Shown: piece by piece, positions 41,545-55,613 of the stretch | How the letters are laid out: every line of letters starts with the position of its first letter | Position numbering within the stretch: the first letter of the stretch is position 1 | DNA from: Octopus vulgaris | Taxonomy: Eukaryota | Direction of reading: 5' to 3' | Assembly (NCBI GenBank): GCA_951406725.2 | Contig: OX597830.1 | Span: forward strand, 30,628,001-30,692,000 | DNA: 64,000 nucleotides | Position numbers and translations under genes: made by a program | Notes under the pieces: model-generated | Told to the model about the DNA's origin: nothing | What the model saw: only the letters and a program-made list of their open reading frames with translations | The model's database searches: none

Positions 41545-41718
41545 TCGAAAAATACCTTTGGAATGGGAACTCGGTTAGAAATTTCCCCATGACACCTGAA
41601 GAAGGCTGGAGAGTATATGAGCCGAAACGTTGTGTTAACAACAAACAAGATAAGGACAAATATCCGTCGAATGTTAATAATGTACATAATTCTTCATCTC
41701 TTGAATGTAGAACTGTAG
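41281..41718. mobile_element. Inverted pair of family H hammerhead-SINE copies
   Basis: Minus copy 41281-41501 (hammerhead 41333-41378, B box retained) fused to plus copy 41498-41718 (hammerhead 41591-41636). Confidence 0.85.
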
Positions 41719-41761
41719 TATATATACACACACACATACACACACACACACACACATATAT

Positions 41762-41813
<52 letters not shown>

Positions 41814-43040
41814 GTGAGATAGAGAGATTCGTTGCACGTATGCATTCTAAGAATTAGGAGGTGGCGTTAGTATGCGCCGTATGTTATATTTATCACCTAT
41901 TTTCTCTTTTCCAACAAAGAGCCATAAATTGTCGATTACACAACAGTTTGAGAAAATGAAGACCACATTGGGAAATTTTCCGGGTTAAATTAACCTTTAG
42001 CTCACTGTAGGTACATCATGTCACTTACTGAGTTTTCTCCCTTGAAGTAACAGGGCAGTGGCAGGGGAAACAATTCTAGAGAAAATGGTATGTGCTAAAG
42101 GTTAAATGCCATATTCTAAAGGCCCTGAGCATTGAAAATATTTTGGTCCCACCATATATATGTAATTCAAAAATTATTAATAAACCTTAACATATTTTTT
42201 CTTCTTCAAAATGAAACCAAGCTGGAAAATAATGTTTACTTTTGTATACTTGAAAAGTTTTTTTCCAACTGTTTTTTTTTTGTTTTTTTTTTTTGTTTTT
42301 GATAATTGCAAAGTCTTTGATCAGATCCTCACTTTGACACCATGAACACTTCGAAATTATATTTCCGATAATGTAAACCACTTCAAATATTATTTTAGCA
42401 AGTTTAAAGTGGTTTTGGTTGTTGTTGTTTTTTTTGGGGGGCGGAGTCCTTTTTCTGTTTTTTCGTTAATCATTTGCCGTGTCTGTGCTGCTGCACTTCC
42501 CTTGGTGCCCCCAAGCACGTGCTTATTTTGCTTAATGATTAATCTAGTGCTGGCAATGTTGTGTTCTCAATATAAAAGAAACTGGTAACTTTTATCATAA
42601 TCTGCTCCATCAAAGTCCATTAAGTGCTAAACAACAAAAACTCTGTTCATTCACGAACCCACAAATGCAACTACACTATTACTCGCTCTGCTAAATATAG
42701 CTGCCAATTCCCCTACAATTGTATTCTACCATCCCATTTGAGGAAGTATCACATAACATAGTTCTCGGCTTGAAAATATAATTAAATTCTAACAGCGTTA
42801 AAGTCTTTGGCCATGATTCTGTTACATTGCAGCCAGTTTGCTGGGGTAAACACCAACACTAACAATTCTAACAGCAGTTCCTTACTTAGTTAAAAAGCCA
42901 ACAATTTAGAGGGAAGGAGAATTAGTCGATACCATCGAGATCTCTTCTTAACTGGTTATGTTATCAACCCCAGAAGGCAAAGTTGACCCCGGCGGGAATT
43001 GAGCTCTGACCGTAAAAATATTGAAACAGACTTTTCAAGA

Positions 43041-43448
43041 TAGGAGTGGCTATGTGGTAAGTAGCTTGCTTACAAACCACATGGTTCCAGCTTTAGTCCC
43101 ACTGTGTGGCACCTTGAGCAAGTGTCTTCTACTATAGCCTCGGACTGACCAAAGCCTTGTGAGTGAATTTGGATGACGGAAACTGAAGCCCGTCGTATAT
43201 ATGTATATGTATGTATATATATATATATGTGTGTGTTTGTGTGTCTGTGTTTGTTCCCCCAACATCGCTTGACAAGCGATGCTGGTGTGTTTACGTCCCC
43301 GTAACTTAGCGGTTCGGCAACGGAGACCGATAGAATATGTACTAGGTTTGCAAAGAATAAGTCCTGGGGTCGATTTGCTAGACTAAAGGTGAAGCTGCAG
43401 CATGGCGACAGTCAAATGAGTGAAACAAGTAAAAGAGTAGAAGAGTAA
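43041..43448 (+). mobile_element. SINE family A
   Basis: Matches 6568 copy. Confidence 0.9.
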
Positions 43449-43499
43449 AATATTTTACTCGATGCTCTAACGTTTCTGTTATTGTACCACTCTAAACAT

Positions 43500-44037
43500 C
43501 AAAAATAATAACTGTTGCAAATTTTGACGTGAAGCCAGCAATTGTGGAATGGGTAGTCGGTTACATTGAATACAGTACACGACTGGTACTTTGCTTTATC
43601 GACCTGGGATGAATGAAAGGCAAAGTTGGCTCCAGCGAGAATTGAACGCAGAGCGTAAAGAGCCGGAAGAAATAGCGCAAGACATTTTCTCCAGCGCTCT
43701 AACAATACTCCCACTGTACCGCCCTGACAACAACACTAACAAATCTCTCCAAGTCCAATAATTTGAGGGGGAGGGGGGATCAATTGCATTGACCCTAATG
43801 CTCAACTAGTTTTCATTTTATCGAGCAATAACTCTAATAATTCTTTCTACGATAGACACAAAGCTTGAAATTAGGGGGAGGAGGCTAGTCGATTACATTA
43901 ACCCCAGTGCTCAACTAGTCCTTAATTTATTGACCCCGAAAGGATGAAAGACAAAGTCGGCCTCAGCGGAATTGGAACTGAGAACGTAGCAACAATCGAA
44001 ATACCGCTTAGCATTTCGTCCAGCGTGCTAACGATTC
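43500..44037 (-). mobile_element. Cluster of degenerate SINE B copies
   Basis: B cores at about 43500-43705 and 43840-44037. Confidence 0.65.
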
Positions 44038-44104
44038 TTATTTCTTTGCTGCCCACAGGGGGCTACACACAAAGGGGACAAACAAGGACAGACAAACAGA
44101 TTAA

Positions 44105-44460
44105 GTGGCACCTTGGGCAAGTGTCTTCTGCTATAGCCTCAGGCCGACCAAAGCCTTGACAGGGTTTGGTAGACGGAAACTGAAAGAAGCCCGTCGTATA
44201 TATGTATATATATATATGTGTGTGTGTGTATGTGTAAGTGTATATGTTTGTGTGACTGTGTTTGTCCCCCACCCCCAACATCGCTTGTGGTGGTTAGTTT
44301 ACGTCCCCGTAACTTAGCGGTTCGGCAAAAGTGACCGATAGAATAAGTACTAGGCTTGCAAAGAATAAGTCCTGGGGTCGATTTGCTCGAATAAAGGCGG
44401 TGCTCCAGCATGGCCGCAGTCAAATGACTGAAACAAGTAAAAGAGTAAAAGAGTCAAAGA
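44105..44460 (+). mobile_element. 5'-truncated SINE A fused to inverted SINE B tail (44040-44106)
   Basis: ..GACAAACAGATTAAGT|GGCACCTTGGGCAAG.. Confidence 0.8.
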
Positions 44461-45642
44461 GTAATCGTATTTTTAAAAAGTGTTAAAATATTTTCTGTGT
44501 TATAGAAGTATAATTAATTTATTACAGATACATTTTAACAACAAAATCGTATGTGGGCCCTCAAGCGCCATATGGACCTCGTTCGAAAACCCCTGATCCA
44601 GCTGTTTAGTGAATATTCTTGGTGTGAGAGAGGACTATTGTGAAAATGACGACTGCTTGGTGAGTTTGTAATCGCTCTCTTCACTCGTATTCTTTCATTC
44701 CATCCTTCACTTCTATCAAAATAAGCACTCTGATTTTACGGTGCCAGAATTCTTCAATAGACCACTTAACGACCTTTTCTGGGTAATTTTGTTAAATGTT
44801 TAGTTTAGTTTAGTTTACTTCATATTTTTTCATTTTTTTTTATTTTATAGTTCTGCCCCGCCCCCCACTACACTAATTATTCATTTTTTTTTTTTATTTA
44901 TTTATTTGTTGATTTTTATCTTAGCAGAAACTTTTTCAAGTGGAAATAATATTTGACATTGCACTAAACGACCTTGGTGTCCACTTCTGGAAAACAACAA
45001 ACAAAAACAAACTTCACACATTAAAAAACAAAATAAGAAGACAAGAGGTTGATATGATATGAGGATGGGCAGCTTTAATGGCTTCAACTAATTGATAGCA
45101 CATGTGTAGAGACATTTCGTCGGCGAGGGGAGAAATATTTCGTTTTAATTAGATTTCTTATCAAAACCCGTCTTATTAACGTTTATATACTGTTATGCTT
45201 TAAAATGATTCGGCGCTATTCAAACTTCTTAGCTGGTGGGCGCCGCGAAGCAAGAGGTGGGCTCTAGGCAAGGAATGGTTCCAAAAGAAAAAAAAAATAA
45301 TAATGAGCTGTTAATTAATTAATATGTAGGTGAGACACGATCAAGATTAACATAAAAATCAATGCAAATGAACAAAAAATAAAATAATAAAATACAACAA
45401 ATAAATTACAAATTTATTGTATTAATACAATGGTGCGGTTGTGGGGGGGGGTACAAAGGAGAGAAATATAAGGTTAACATTTTGGACGGGATCTTTTAGC
45501 GAGACGAGAGGAAAGATTAAAACAAAAGAGGCGATTAGAAAGAAATTGGAAGGTAAAAAAAAACAGCTATGTTTCGTGGGGGGGGGGATATAAATGTATG
45601 AGCGTATATAAGTGTGTAGGTATGTATGGATGTATGTGTGCA

Positions 45643-46060
45643 TAGGCGCAGGAGTGGCTGTGTGATAAGTAGCTTGCTAACCAGCCACATGGTTCCGGGT
45701 TCAGTCCCACTGCGTGGCATCTTGGGCAAGTGTCTTCTGCTATAGCCCCGGGCCGACCAATGCCTTGTGAGTGGATTTGGTAGACGGAAACTGAAAGAAG
45801 CCTGTCGTATATATATGTATATGTATGTGTGTGTATATGTTTGTGTGTGTCTGTGTTTGTCCCTCTAGCATTGCTTGACAACCGATGCTAGTGTGTTTAT
45901 GTCCCCGTCACTTAGCGGTTCGTCAAAAAGAGACCGGTAGAATAAGTACTGGGCTTACAAAGAATAAGTCCTGGGGTCGAGTTGCTCGACTAAAGGCGGT
46001 GCTCCAGCATGGCCGCAGTCAAATGACTGAAACAAGTAAAAGAGTAAAAGAGTAAAGAGT
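45643..46060 (+). mobile_element. SINE family A, full length
   Basis: Matches 6568 copy. Confidence 0.92.
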
Positions 46061-46081
46061 ATATGTGTATGTATGTGTGTA

Positions 46082-46525
46082 TGTATGTGTGTATGTATAT
46101 ATGTCATTCAGTTTATTTCAAGATTTCTTACCAATAGAGAAAGAATCGGTTTCTAACCTAATTGGATGGCTTCTTCATCGAAATTTCAAATTCAACAACA
46201 GGGTATTTTTGTTTGTATGTATGTATGTATGTATGTATGTATGTATGTATGTATGTATGTATGTATGTATGTATGTATGTATGTATTTATTTATTTATTT
46301 ATCCTCATGCATATAGTTGCATGTCTACACATGCTCATATATATTTAAATGATAAACTCCTAGGAAGATTTAATGATTTTTGCAGTTCCGGTGATGGATT
46401 GGATCTGTAGTCTTCGAATTAGCTTTCTCCTTTCTGGTTTTGTGAAGCCCAATTACTTAAGATTGGTATTTAGGCAGTGTGTTACATATCCCAGGGCCCC
46501 AATATTTTCAGGTATAAACCTGTAT
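46082..46525. mobile_element. Dispersed repeat E, copy 2
   Basis: Similar to 24741-25100. Confidence 0.75.
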
Positions 46526-46796
46526 GTATGTATATATGAATGTATGTATGGATGGATGGATTTAGACATGAGGTGATAGTGTACAGTCTCTGTCTGCCAA
46601 ATTTCACTCACAATGTTTCCGTCAATTCGTGCTAAAGCTAAAGGACTCTTACTCTTCCATCATAAAAGAAGGTCAGTTAACGTAAACCCCAGCTTGAAAA
46701 CATAATGAGAATCTAAGCATAATGATTTTGTTAGGCGCAACCGGTCTGGGGCTAAACAGCAGCAATACTAATGACAACATAATAAAAGTTTCTTAG

Positions 46797-47275
<479 letters not shown>

Positions 47276-47869
47276 AAGGAATTAAATTTAGGTATACAGG
47301 CATTTTAAAAATGTCTCCCAGAGTAGCGACCGTGTCCTGCCGAGATACGAGCCACCCCTTGGCATAGCACCCGTTAAGCCACCGTCAGGAATACGGCGAA
47401 GTCGGGGTGGATTGAGAAGAGGTAGCGGAAGAGCTCAACTGAACCAACAGTGATGCTTATATTGATGCTGAGAGAAGGAATCTTAGAAGATTAACGGTCA
47501 GGATCTCCAGAGTCTATCAAGAGAGTAACTGCAATGCATCCGTAGAGCTGTCGTCCATGGTTGTGTAATCAGCTAATAAAAGATTCACTTTGACCCAAGC
47601 TCCGACTTCAAATCCAAACTGATGGCGACAGAGATTCTGAAAGGGAATCTGCGAACGTAGCGAAATAAATTCAGTTAAAAGGCCGACAATTTTGAGAGCA
47701 GGAGAATAAGTCGATATCGCTGAGACACATATAATAGAACTCGGAATCACTTTGTTTCGCAATTAATTCCATAACCACATAATTTAGCTCCTTACCTATG
47801 GCTTATACTTTACCACATACATGCGCGCACGCCTGTCTGTATCTGTATATATATATATATATATATATA

Positions 47870-48058
47870 ATTAATCCAAACATGAAAGCACAAAAAACAC
47901 AACAACGCGAGGACGTGGAACAAATATAGTATTATTGGACGCTCAAGAAAGTAAGGTTTAACGTTTCGAGCGGAGCTCTTCGTCGGAAACATAGGAGAAG
48001 GAAAGATCCAAAGAAGGGAAGACAGAGGAAAAAAATCGCCAACAGTACACACGCGGTC

Positions 48059-48060
<2 letters not shown>
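47870..48060 (-). mobile_element. TA-bounded short element with minimal hammerhead-like motif (47956-47990)
   Basis: GTTT-CCGACGA-A-GAGC(TCC)GCTC-GAAAC-GTT-AAAC; second copy 63426-63610, fragment 30420-30470. Confidence 0.75.
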
Positions 48061-48110
<50 letters not shown>

Positions 48111-48784
48111 AACAAGTCTTTAACTTAGTCGCCTTCAACGAAAGATACAGAGAGAAAACAGAAGAAGGAGAAAAAAATGCGTGCAGTAGCTAACGAATCA
48201 ACATGGCGATGTATATTTATACATATGTATATATGTATACATATGTGTGTGCGTGCGTGTGTGTGTGATGTGTGTGTGTGTGTGTGTGTGTAGCTGAAGA
48301 GGAAAGAGACGAGGAGCACAGACTGATGAGTCAATGATAATTCTGAGTTGGCAATTTGCATCTCCGTCAAATTAAACCGCGCCTTGCTGACTTGAAAATA
48401 AAATTTAAAAAATTAAAATAAACTGCGCTTTGAAAACAGGATGGTCGCAAGAGGAACACTTCGGACTAGAAGCTCTTTATGTTCTTACTTTACACGTATC
48501 TTTGCTCGGAATTTGTCATTAAAGAAATAAAGGCTATTTTTTAGAATTTTGTATCACAAAAGAGAAAAGTACATAAATAAAATAAAACTATCACGTTTGT
48601 GTTTGTAGTTTGAATTTCAAGTTCTTTGCAAATATTGGCTTTTTTGGTGATTAAGCGACATCAGAAGGCAAGTAAAAATGTGTATATTCTTGAAGTGTTT
48701 CGTGGAATACAAAGTTTCTTCATATAAATAAGTACCATGTTGTGGTACATATTAGTCTCTTTCTTTATACGTTCCGGGTTCAAA

Positions 48785-49191
48785 GCTGGCAGAAACGTTA
48801 GCACGCCGGGGGAAATACTTAGCGGTATTTCGGCTGCCGCTACGTTCTGAGTTCAAATTCCACCGAGGTCGACTTTACCTTTCATCCTTTCGGGGTCGAT
48901 TAAATAAGTACCTGTTACGCACAGGGGTCGATGTAATCGACTTAATCCGTTTGTCTGTCCTTGTTTGTCCCCTTTGTGTTTAGCCCCTTGTGGGTAGTAA
49001 AGAAATAGGTATTTCGTCTGCCGTTACGTTCTGAGTTCAAATTCCGCCGCGGTCGACTTTGCCTCTCATCCTTTCGGGGTCGATTAAATAAATACCAGTT
49101 ATGCACTGGGGTCGATATGATCGACTTAATCCGTTTGTCTGTCCTTGTTTGTCCTCTCTGTGTGTAGCCCCTTGTGGGCAGTAAAGAAATA
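48785..49191 (+). mobile_element. SINE family B dimer
   Basis: Head plus two bodies joined at AAAGAAATA|GGTATTTCG. Confidence 0.9.
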
Positions 49192-49587
49192 AGCTGTATA
49201 GGCCCTTGCCTTTCCCTTGGATAACATCAGTTTCATGGAGACGAGAGGCTGGTATGCATGGGAGGCTGTTAGTCGTCCATAATCAACCTTGCCCGAATTT
49301 GTACCTGGGAGAGAAATTTTCTAGGCGCAATGCTATGATCATTCCTGACCAAAGTGGAGTCTTTTCCAATTTACTCTAATGTACTTTATTAATGTTCAAA
49401 CCCCACCAGGTAAAAGAGAATGTGGTTCTTGATTACAGTATTAACTTCCCGATTTCACATCCCATCAGGTACAATATTTTGCAGCGCATCACGTCCTGGG
49501 TTTAAATCCTGCTGGAAATAATTACCTCTTGTAGTTATGGTCTTTCGATTTTTCCCCCATGGCTCGATGAATATTATTTTTTACTTT

Positions 49588-49955
49588 TCCCCGAAATTTT
49601 GGGGGAAGTGGCCAGTCCATTAGATCGACCCCAGTACGCAATTGGCACTTAAATTTATCAACCCCGAAAGGATGGAAGGCAAAGTCGACCTCGACGAAAT
49701 TTGAACACAGAACGTAAAGACAGACAAAATACCTATTTCTTTACTACCCACAAGGGGCTAAACACAGAGAGGACAAACAAATGGATTAAGTCGATTACTT
49801 CGACCCCAGTGCGTAACTGGTACTTATTTAATCGACCCCGAAAGGATGAAAGGCAAAGTCGACCTCGGCGGAATTTGAACTCAGAACCGTAGCGGCAGAC
49901 GAAATACCGCTAAGAATTTTGCCCGGCGTGCTAACGTTTCTGCCAGCTCGCCGCC
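49588..49955 (-). mobile_element. SINE family B dimer (two different tails)
   Basis: Reverse complement; same junction. Confidence 0.85.
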
Positions 49956-50332
49956 TTCCATGGCTCGATGGATATTGTTACCAATCAAATAACGAACCTG
50001 ATCAAAATTGTCTGATGATTTCAATGAAACAAATAATAAGCTGCGATAAGTGAACCGCGATATGGTGAGGGATTATTTCACCTTTACTCGTCTTTATAGG
50101 TGACTCCGTGTTAATGCACACGGCTTTTTCCATTTCATTTTACACACACGCACTCTCACACACGCGTGCTCACACACACGCGCGCGCGCACTCAAACACA
50201 TACATAAACAGATACATATACGCCAAAATGCATGCACCTATAACACTTACTGTGAGGTAACAAGTTCAATTTCGTTTCAGTTGCCTTTGTGTTGAGTCCT
50301 GGGTCTCAAAGTCATAAATCTACATATTCTTT

Positions 50333-50682
50333 CACTCTTTTATTTGTTTCAGTCATTTGACTGCGGCCATGCTGGAGCACCGCCTATAGTCGAACAAATC
50401 GACCCCAGGACTTATTCTTTGTAAGCCTAGCACTCATTCTATCAGCCTCTTTTGCCGAACCGCTAAGTTACGGGGGATGTAAAAACACCAGCATCAGTCG
50501 TCAAGCGATGGTAGGCGAGGGGCGACATACACAGACACACACACACAAACATATACGTATATATACGACAGGCTTCTTTCAGTTTCCCTCTGCCAAATTG
50601 ACTGACAAAGCTATAGTAAAAGACACTCGCCCAAGGTGTCACATAGTGGGACTGAACCCGGAACCATGTGGTCGTGAAGCAA
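50333..50682 (-). mobile_element. SINE family A
   Basis: Reverse complement of A. Confidence 0.85.
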
Positions 50683-50889
50683 GATTATATATCGATATAA
50701 TCTTCATCAAATCGCACCCTGTCAACTAAACGAAACAAAATAAACTCATTTAGATAATGTAGTTTGTAAAGCATGATGAGGTGGTCTCGGCTGGAACATC
50801 CGTCATCATAAGTTAGTCAGTTTGGGATCGGCCAACGTGAGACTAAGCAAAAAGGATTGCCAACAACTAGTACCCTTCATTTCGGTCAG

Positions 50890-51061
50890 CATCCTCATCG
50901 CCGTCGTCGCCATTGTCTACGTCGTTGTCATCGTCGTCGTCGTCATCACCACCGTGAACAGCAGCAACGTCGTCATCGTCATCGTCGTCATCATCATCAT
51001 CATCATCGCGAACAGCAGCAACATAACCATCAGTGTCGATGCCTTCATCGCCGTCATTATA

Positions 51062-51094
<33 letters not shown>

Positions 51095-51125
51095 ATCATC
51101 ACCATCATCATCGTCATCATCATCG

Positions 51126-51170
<45 letters not shown>

Positions 51171-51222
51171 CCATCATCATCATCAGCATCATCACCATCA
51201 TCATCATCAGCATCATCATCAC

Positions 51223-51275
<53 letters not shown>

Positions 51276-51296
51276 CCATCATCACCATTATCATCG

Positions 51297-51333
<37 letters not shown>

Positions 51334-51370
51334 TATCATCAGCTCTTCTCTCCCTTTCTCTCTCTCTCTT

Positions 51371-51446
<76 letters not shown>

Positions 51447-52164
51447 CTTCATTCATAATACTTCCATGCTGCTTCATTCCTGTTCTATATTCCATTCTAA
51501 TCTATTCTAACACGGTTAATTACTACCTTCCCCCCGCTGGTTTCCTTCTCAGACCATCTTCCGCACTGACTCCCTTTCTCCCTTTCACCTCAGCCCTCAC
51601 TCACTCTCTCTCTCTCTCTCTCTAACTCACTCTTTATCTTATTCTCCCTCTCTCCCTTACTTAAGTTGTTAGGTAGGAAGGTTAGTAGGGTAGAGGTGTA
51701 GATAGGGGTTTTCTTTTTTTACGGTGACTGATGATGCTCAAAGGATTTCTCCTTCGTTAACGTCTTCGTATGTGTTTTTGATGATTTACATAACATTTCT
51801 TAGACAACATCATCATCATCATCATCATCATCATCATTACCATCATCATCATCAGCAGCAGCAGTAACAGCAGCACCCGTATCAACACTAATACCATGAC
51901 CGCCATCATCATCATCGTCGTCGCCATCATCATCATCATCATCATCATGACCATCATCATCATGACCATCATCATCATCATCATTATCATCATCATCATC
52001 ATCATCATCATCATCGTCGTCGTCATCATCATCATCATCATCATCATCATCACCACCGCTGCCATAACCATCACTGCCAACTGTATCGTCGTTATTATCC
52101 GTCGTCGTCGTCATCATCATCACCATCATCAAACAAACGCAAGAATAAAAAAAAATCGCAATAA

Positions 52165-52201
<37 letters not shown>

Positions 52202-52340
52202 TATATATTGTATCTTCTCCTACTTCACTATATCATTCATATCACCACGAATACCATCTACAACAACAACAACAACAACATCATCACCACCACCATTACC
52301 TCCACCAACACCACCACCAACAACAACAATAACAACAGCA
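50890..52340. repeat. (CAT/CGT)n, (CT)n, (AAT)n and (CAA)n repeat blocks
   Basis: Direct reading. Confidence 0.9.
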
Positions 52341-53149
52341 ACACCACTGCCCCTTTCGGGGGTCTTTTGTTACTTAACTAATATATTTTATCTATTTATT
52401 TACTATATGCTTTAGACTTAACATTCTCCCGTCATCGTAACCCTGGGGCCATCATTTTTTTGTTTTTGTTGTTGTTGTTTTTTCTTTTGTTTACATATTT
52501 ATTTTGTTTATTTATTTATCTATTTATTATTTTACTTTCCTCTTCAGCAATGAACTTCCTACTTCCGGCGTTCGCTCGAAAATTTCGGCAAAAATTTTCT
52601 TGCAAGCACTCACTCTACTTTTATAACGATACTTTTATTAAAGCTTTATTTTCTGTTATCTTTATTTATATTTTTATTTTGATTTTTGATTTTTGATTTT
52701 TGATTTTCTATTCATTGTTGATGTTGTTGTTGTTGTTGTTGTTGTTGTTGCTGTTGTTTTGTTTCAACTGTTCCACATGACATCCATTCTCAATTAAGCT
52801 ATATTCCTGAACGAGGGGGAACGAGGGAACGAAAGAGCGATCGCAGAAAGAGGTCAGCGCAAGGAGAGAATGGCACGAGAGGGTTCGTTTCATCACTTTG
52901 AAAAGGAGGTCATCGCAGGCAATCGCACGCACACACACACACACACACTCATATACACACACTCATATACATATATATGCAAACACACAAACAAACACAA
53001 ACACAATAATTATACACACATATGCATACAATGATTAGAAAACAAAACAAAACGGAGTGAAAAATAACTGACTGTATATATACATATACATACATATATA
53101 TATATGTGCATGTATGTATGTGTGTAAACGTGTGTGTGCGTGAAGCGAT

Positions 53150-53395
53150 CACCATTATCCAATAAGTGCGTCATTTTGTTTGCCGATTTTTAATGAGGTT
53201 TGCATGAGCAAGCGCGCATTAATTCGGGAAGATCATGTCAAAGTTCGTCAATTAACAGGATGTAGGGAACACTACTTTACAGGGCCAATCAATAAACAAT
53301 GAGATCGTTCTTCATTGAAGGTTTTAATTAAACTTACAGAAACGATCATCTAATGAACTAGCTAATCAAAGAACTAATTTCATTTGGCAAGAGAA
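53150..53395. promoter_or_regulatory. Candidate cis-regulatory island
   Basis: Non-repetitive, dense TAAT/ATTA cores, CCAATCA, AACAAT, TTTGCAT; motif content only. Confidence 0.25.
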
Positions 53396-53770
53396 AGGGG
53401 GGAATAGGGGGGAAAGAAGAGAGAGACAGAGAGACGTGGGGTGGTGGGGTTACTTTGATTTATGTTATTTTATATATATATATGTATATTTATTTATTTA
53501 TTTTTTTTGCATTTATAAATTTATAAAGGCGATCCCCTAAAATAAGTCATATTTCAGGTGAAATAAAGAACGGCGAGAGGGGTGGGGTGGAGTGGAGGAG
53601 TTTTTTATTTTGAATTTTTTAATAAATTTTCTATTTTTAAAAAATTTATTTTTTGTTCTTTTAGTTTTGATTTTAATTTTTTCGATTGATTAACGATTGT
53701 TAATTATCATTCACAGTCACCATCACTATGATCGTGATGCGAATCTCTCAACTAGAGCCATGATAATCAC

Positions 53771-53801
<31 letters not shown>

Positions 53802-53802
53802 T

Positions 53803-53843
<41 letters not shown>

Positions 53844-53865
53844 GCGATTATTATTATTGTTGTTG

Positions 53866-53914
<49 letters not shown>

Positions 53915-53971
53915 CGTAATCATCATCACCATTACTATAATCATTACCATTATCATTGTAACGATGACGAC

Positions 53972-54040
<69 letters not shown>

Positions 54041-54494
54041 CATGATCATCAGCATCATTGCTATGATGATGATGATGATGATGATCTTAATGAAGGCGAA
54101 TGTTTCAATGACACTGGCGATGATGACGACGACGACGACGACGTGGTCGATGATTAAGGCGATTAAATTAATTGATACAGATACAGCTTGTTACTAAGAC
54201 CATTACTGCTGCAGTTGCTGCTGCTGCTGCTGCTGTTTCTCTTGTTGTGTCGCGACTGTTATTTGGATATTATGACTTGCTTTGCTGCGACTCAAACGAG
54301 TCCAATAAAAGTACTTGAGTCCAGATCGAATATTGACCGCCACAAACAACTCAGTAATATGGTTGCCACTGTGGATTTTATATAACTCAAAGGATATTTC
54401 GTGTGTTAATTACTGTCGCAAGCCATGGCTGTGTGGTTATGAGTTCAATCACTCTACGCCGCACCTTATTTTTATTTTTAGTCTATGCGCCCTT

Positions 54495-54752
54495 TTGAAG
54501 CCTAGCCAAGGCTCATGGGCCCGGTTTCCCGCTTTTTATGGCGTATGTGTTACCCCTAGCTGGAGAGGACACCAGTCCATCGAAAGAGTGAGAGAAAGTT
54601 GGGGCGAAAGAGTACAACAGGGGTCGTGGAGCTTTAGGATTTTTTTTGCTCAATAAACACACACAACGCCAGGTCTGGGAATTGAAACCGCGATCCTCCG
54701 AATCCTCCGACCGCGAGTCCGTTACCCTAACCACTGGGCCATTGCGCCTCCA
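54495..54752 (-). mobile_element. SINE family D
   Basis: Matches 14030 head and 18795 tail. Confidence 0.8.
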
Positions 54753-54909
54753 CACGCCGCACCTTAAGGAAGTGTTTTCTATTATAACTCCAGGCTGATT
54801 TGTGTCTTGTGAATAAATTTGGTAGATCGAAACCGTGTGAAGGCTGATCGTGTACATGTAATTTTTCCTTCTATTATTACATATAATATTTCTTTCTAAT
54901 AATATATTT

Positions 54910-55303
54910 GTTTCTTTATTGCTCACAAGGGTCTAAATATAGTGGGAACAAACAAAGGCATTAAGTCGATTACATCGATCCCAGTGCGTATATGGTACTT
55001 ATTTAATCGATCCCGAAGGGATGAAAGGAAAAGTCGACCTTGGTGGAATTCGAATTCAGAATGTAACGGCAGACGAAATACCTATTTCTTTACTACCCAC
55101 ATGGGGCTAAACACAGAGGGGACAAACAAGGACAAACAAACGGATTAAGTCGATTGTATTCGACCCCAGTGCGTAACTGGTACTTAATTTATCGACTCCG
55201 AAAGAATGAAAGGCAAAGTCGACCTCGGCGGAATTTGAACTCAGAACGTAACGGCAGACGAAATACCGCTAAGCATTTCGCCCGGCGTGCTAACGATTCT
55301 GCC
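54910..55303 (-). mobile_element. SINE family B dimer
   Basis: Reverse complement; junction GACGAAATACC|TATTTCTTT. Confidence 0.88.
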
Positions 55304-55397
55304 AGATTGAGCTCTACTATTTCCTTCTATTTAGCTCTCTCATTTCGTCTCTGATGATGGGATATCTTCTATATCACTGAAACAGCTATAAGACTAC

Positions 55398-55437
<40 letters not shown>

Positions 55438-55579
55438 CATCCGCACGCATGTATGTGTTTGGTTTGTTGGTTTGTTAGAGAAAAATGTACCAGACTTGAA
55501 AAATGAACAAAAACCAAATACCGTTAGTTGTCTGTCACCCTGTTTGTATATACATAACACGCGCACACATACGCGAGCG

Positions 55580-55613
<34 letters not shown>

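Noticed and set aside
47300-47790. Possible solo LTR
   Set aside because: No TG..CA ends, TSD or second copy identified.
50822-51625. Poly-His/Asp/Ile/Met ORFs
   Set aside because: (CAT)n microsatellite.
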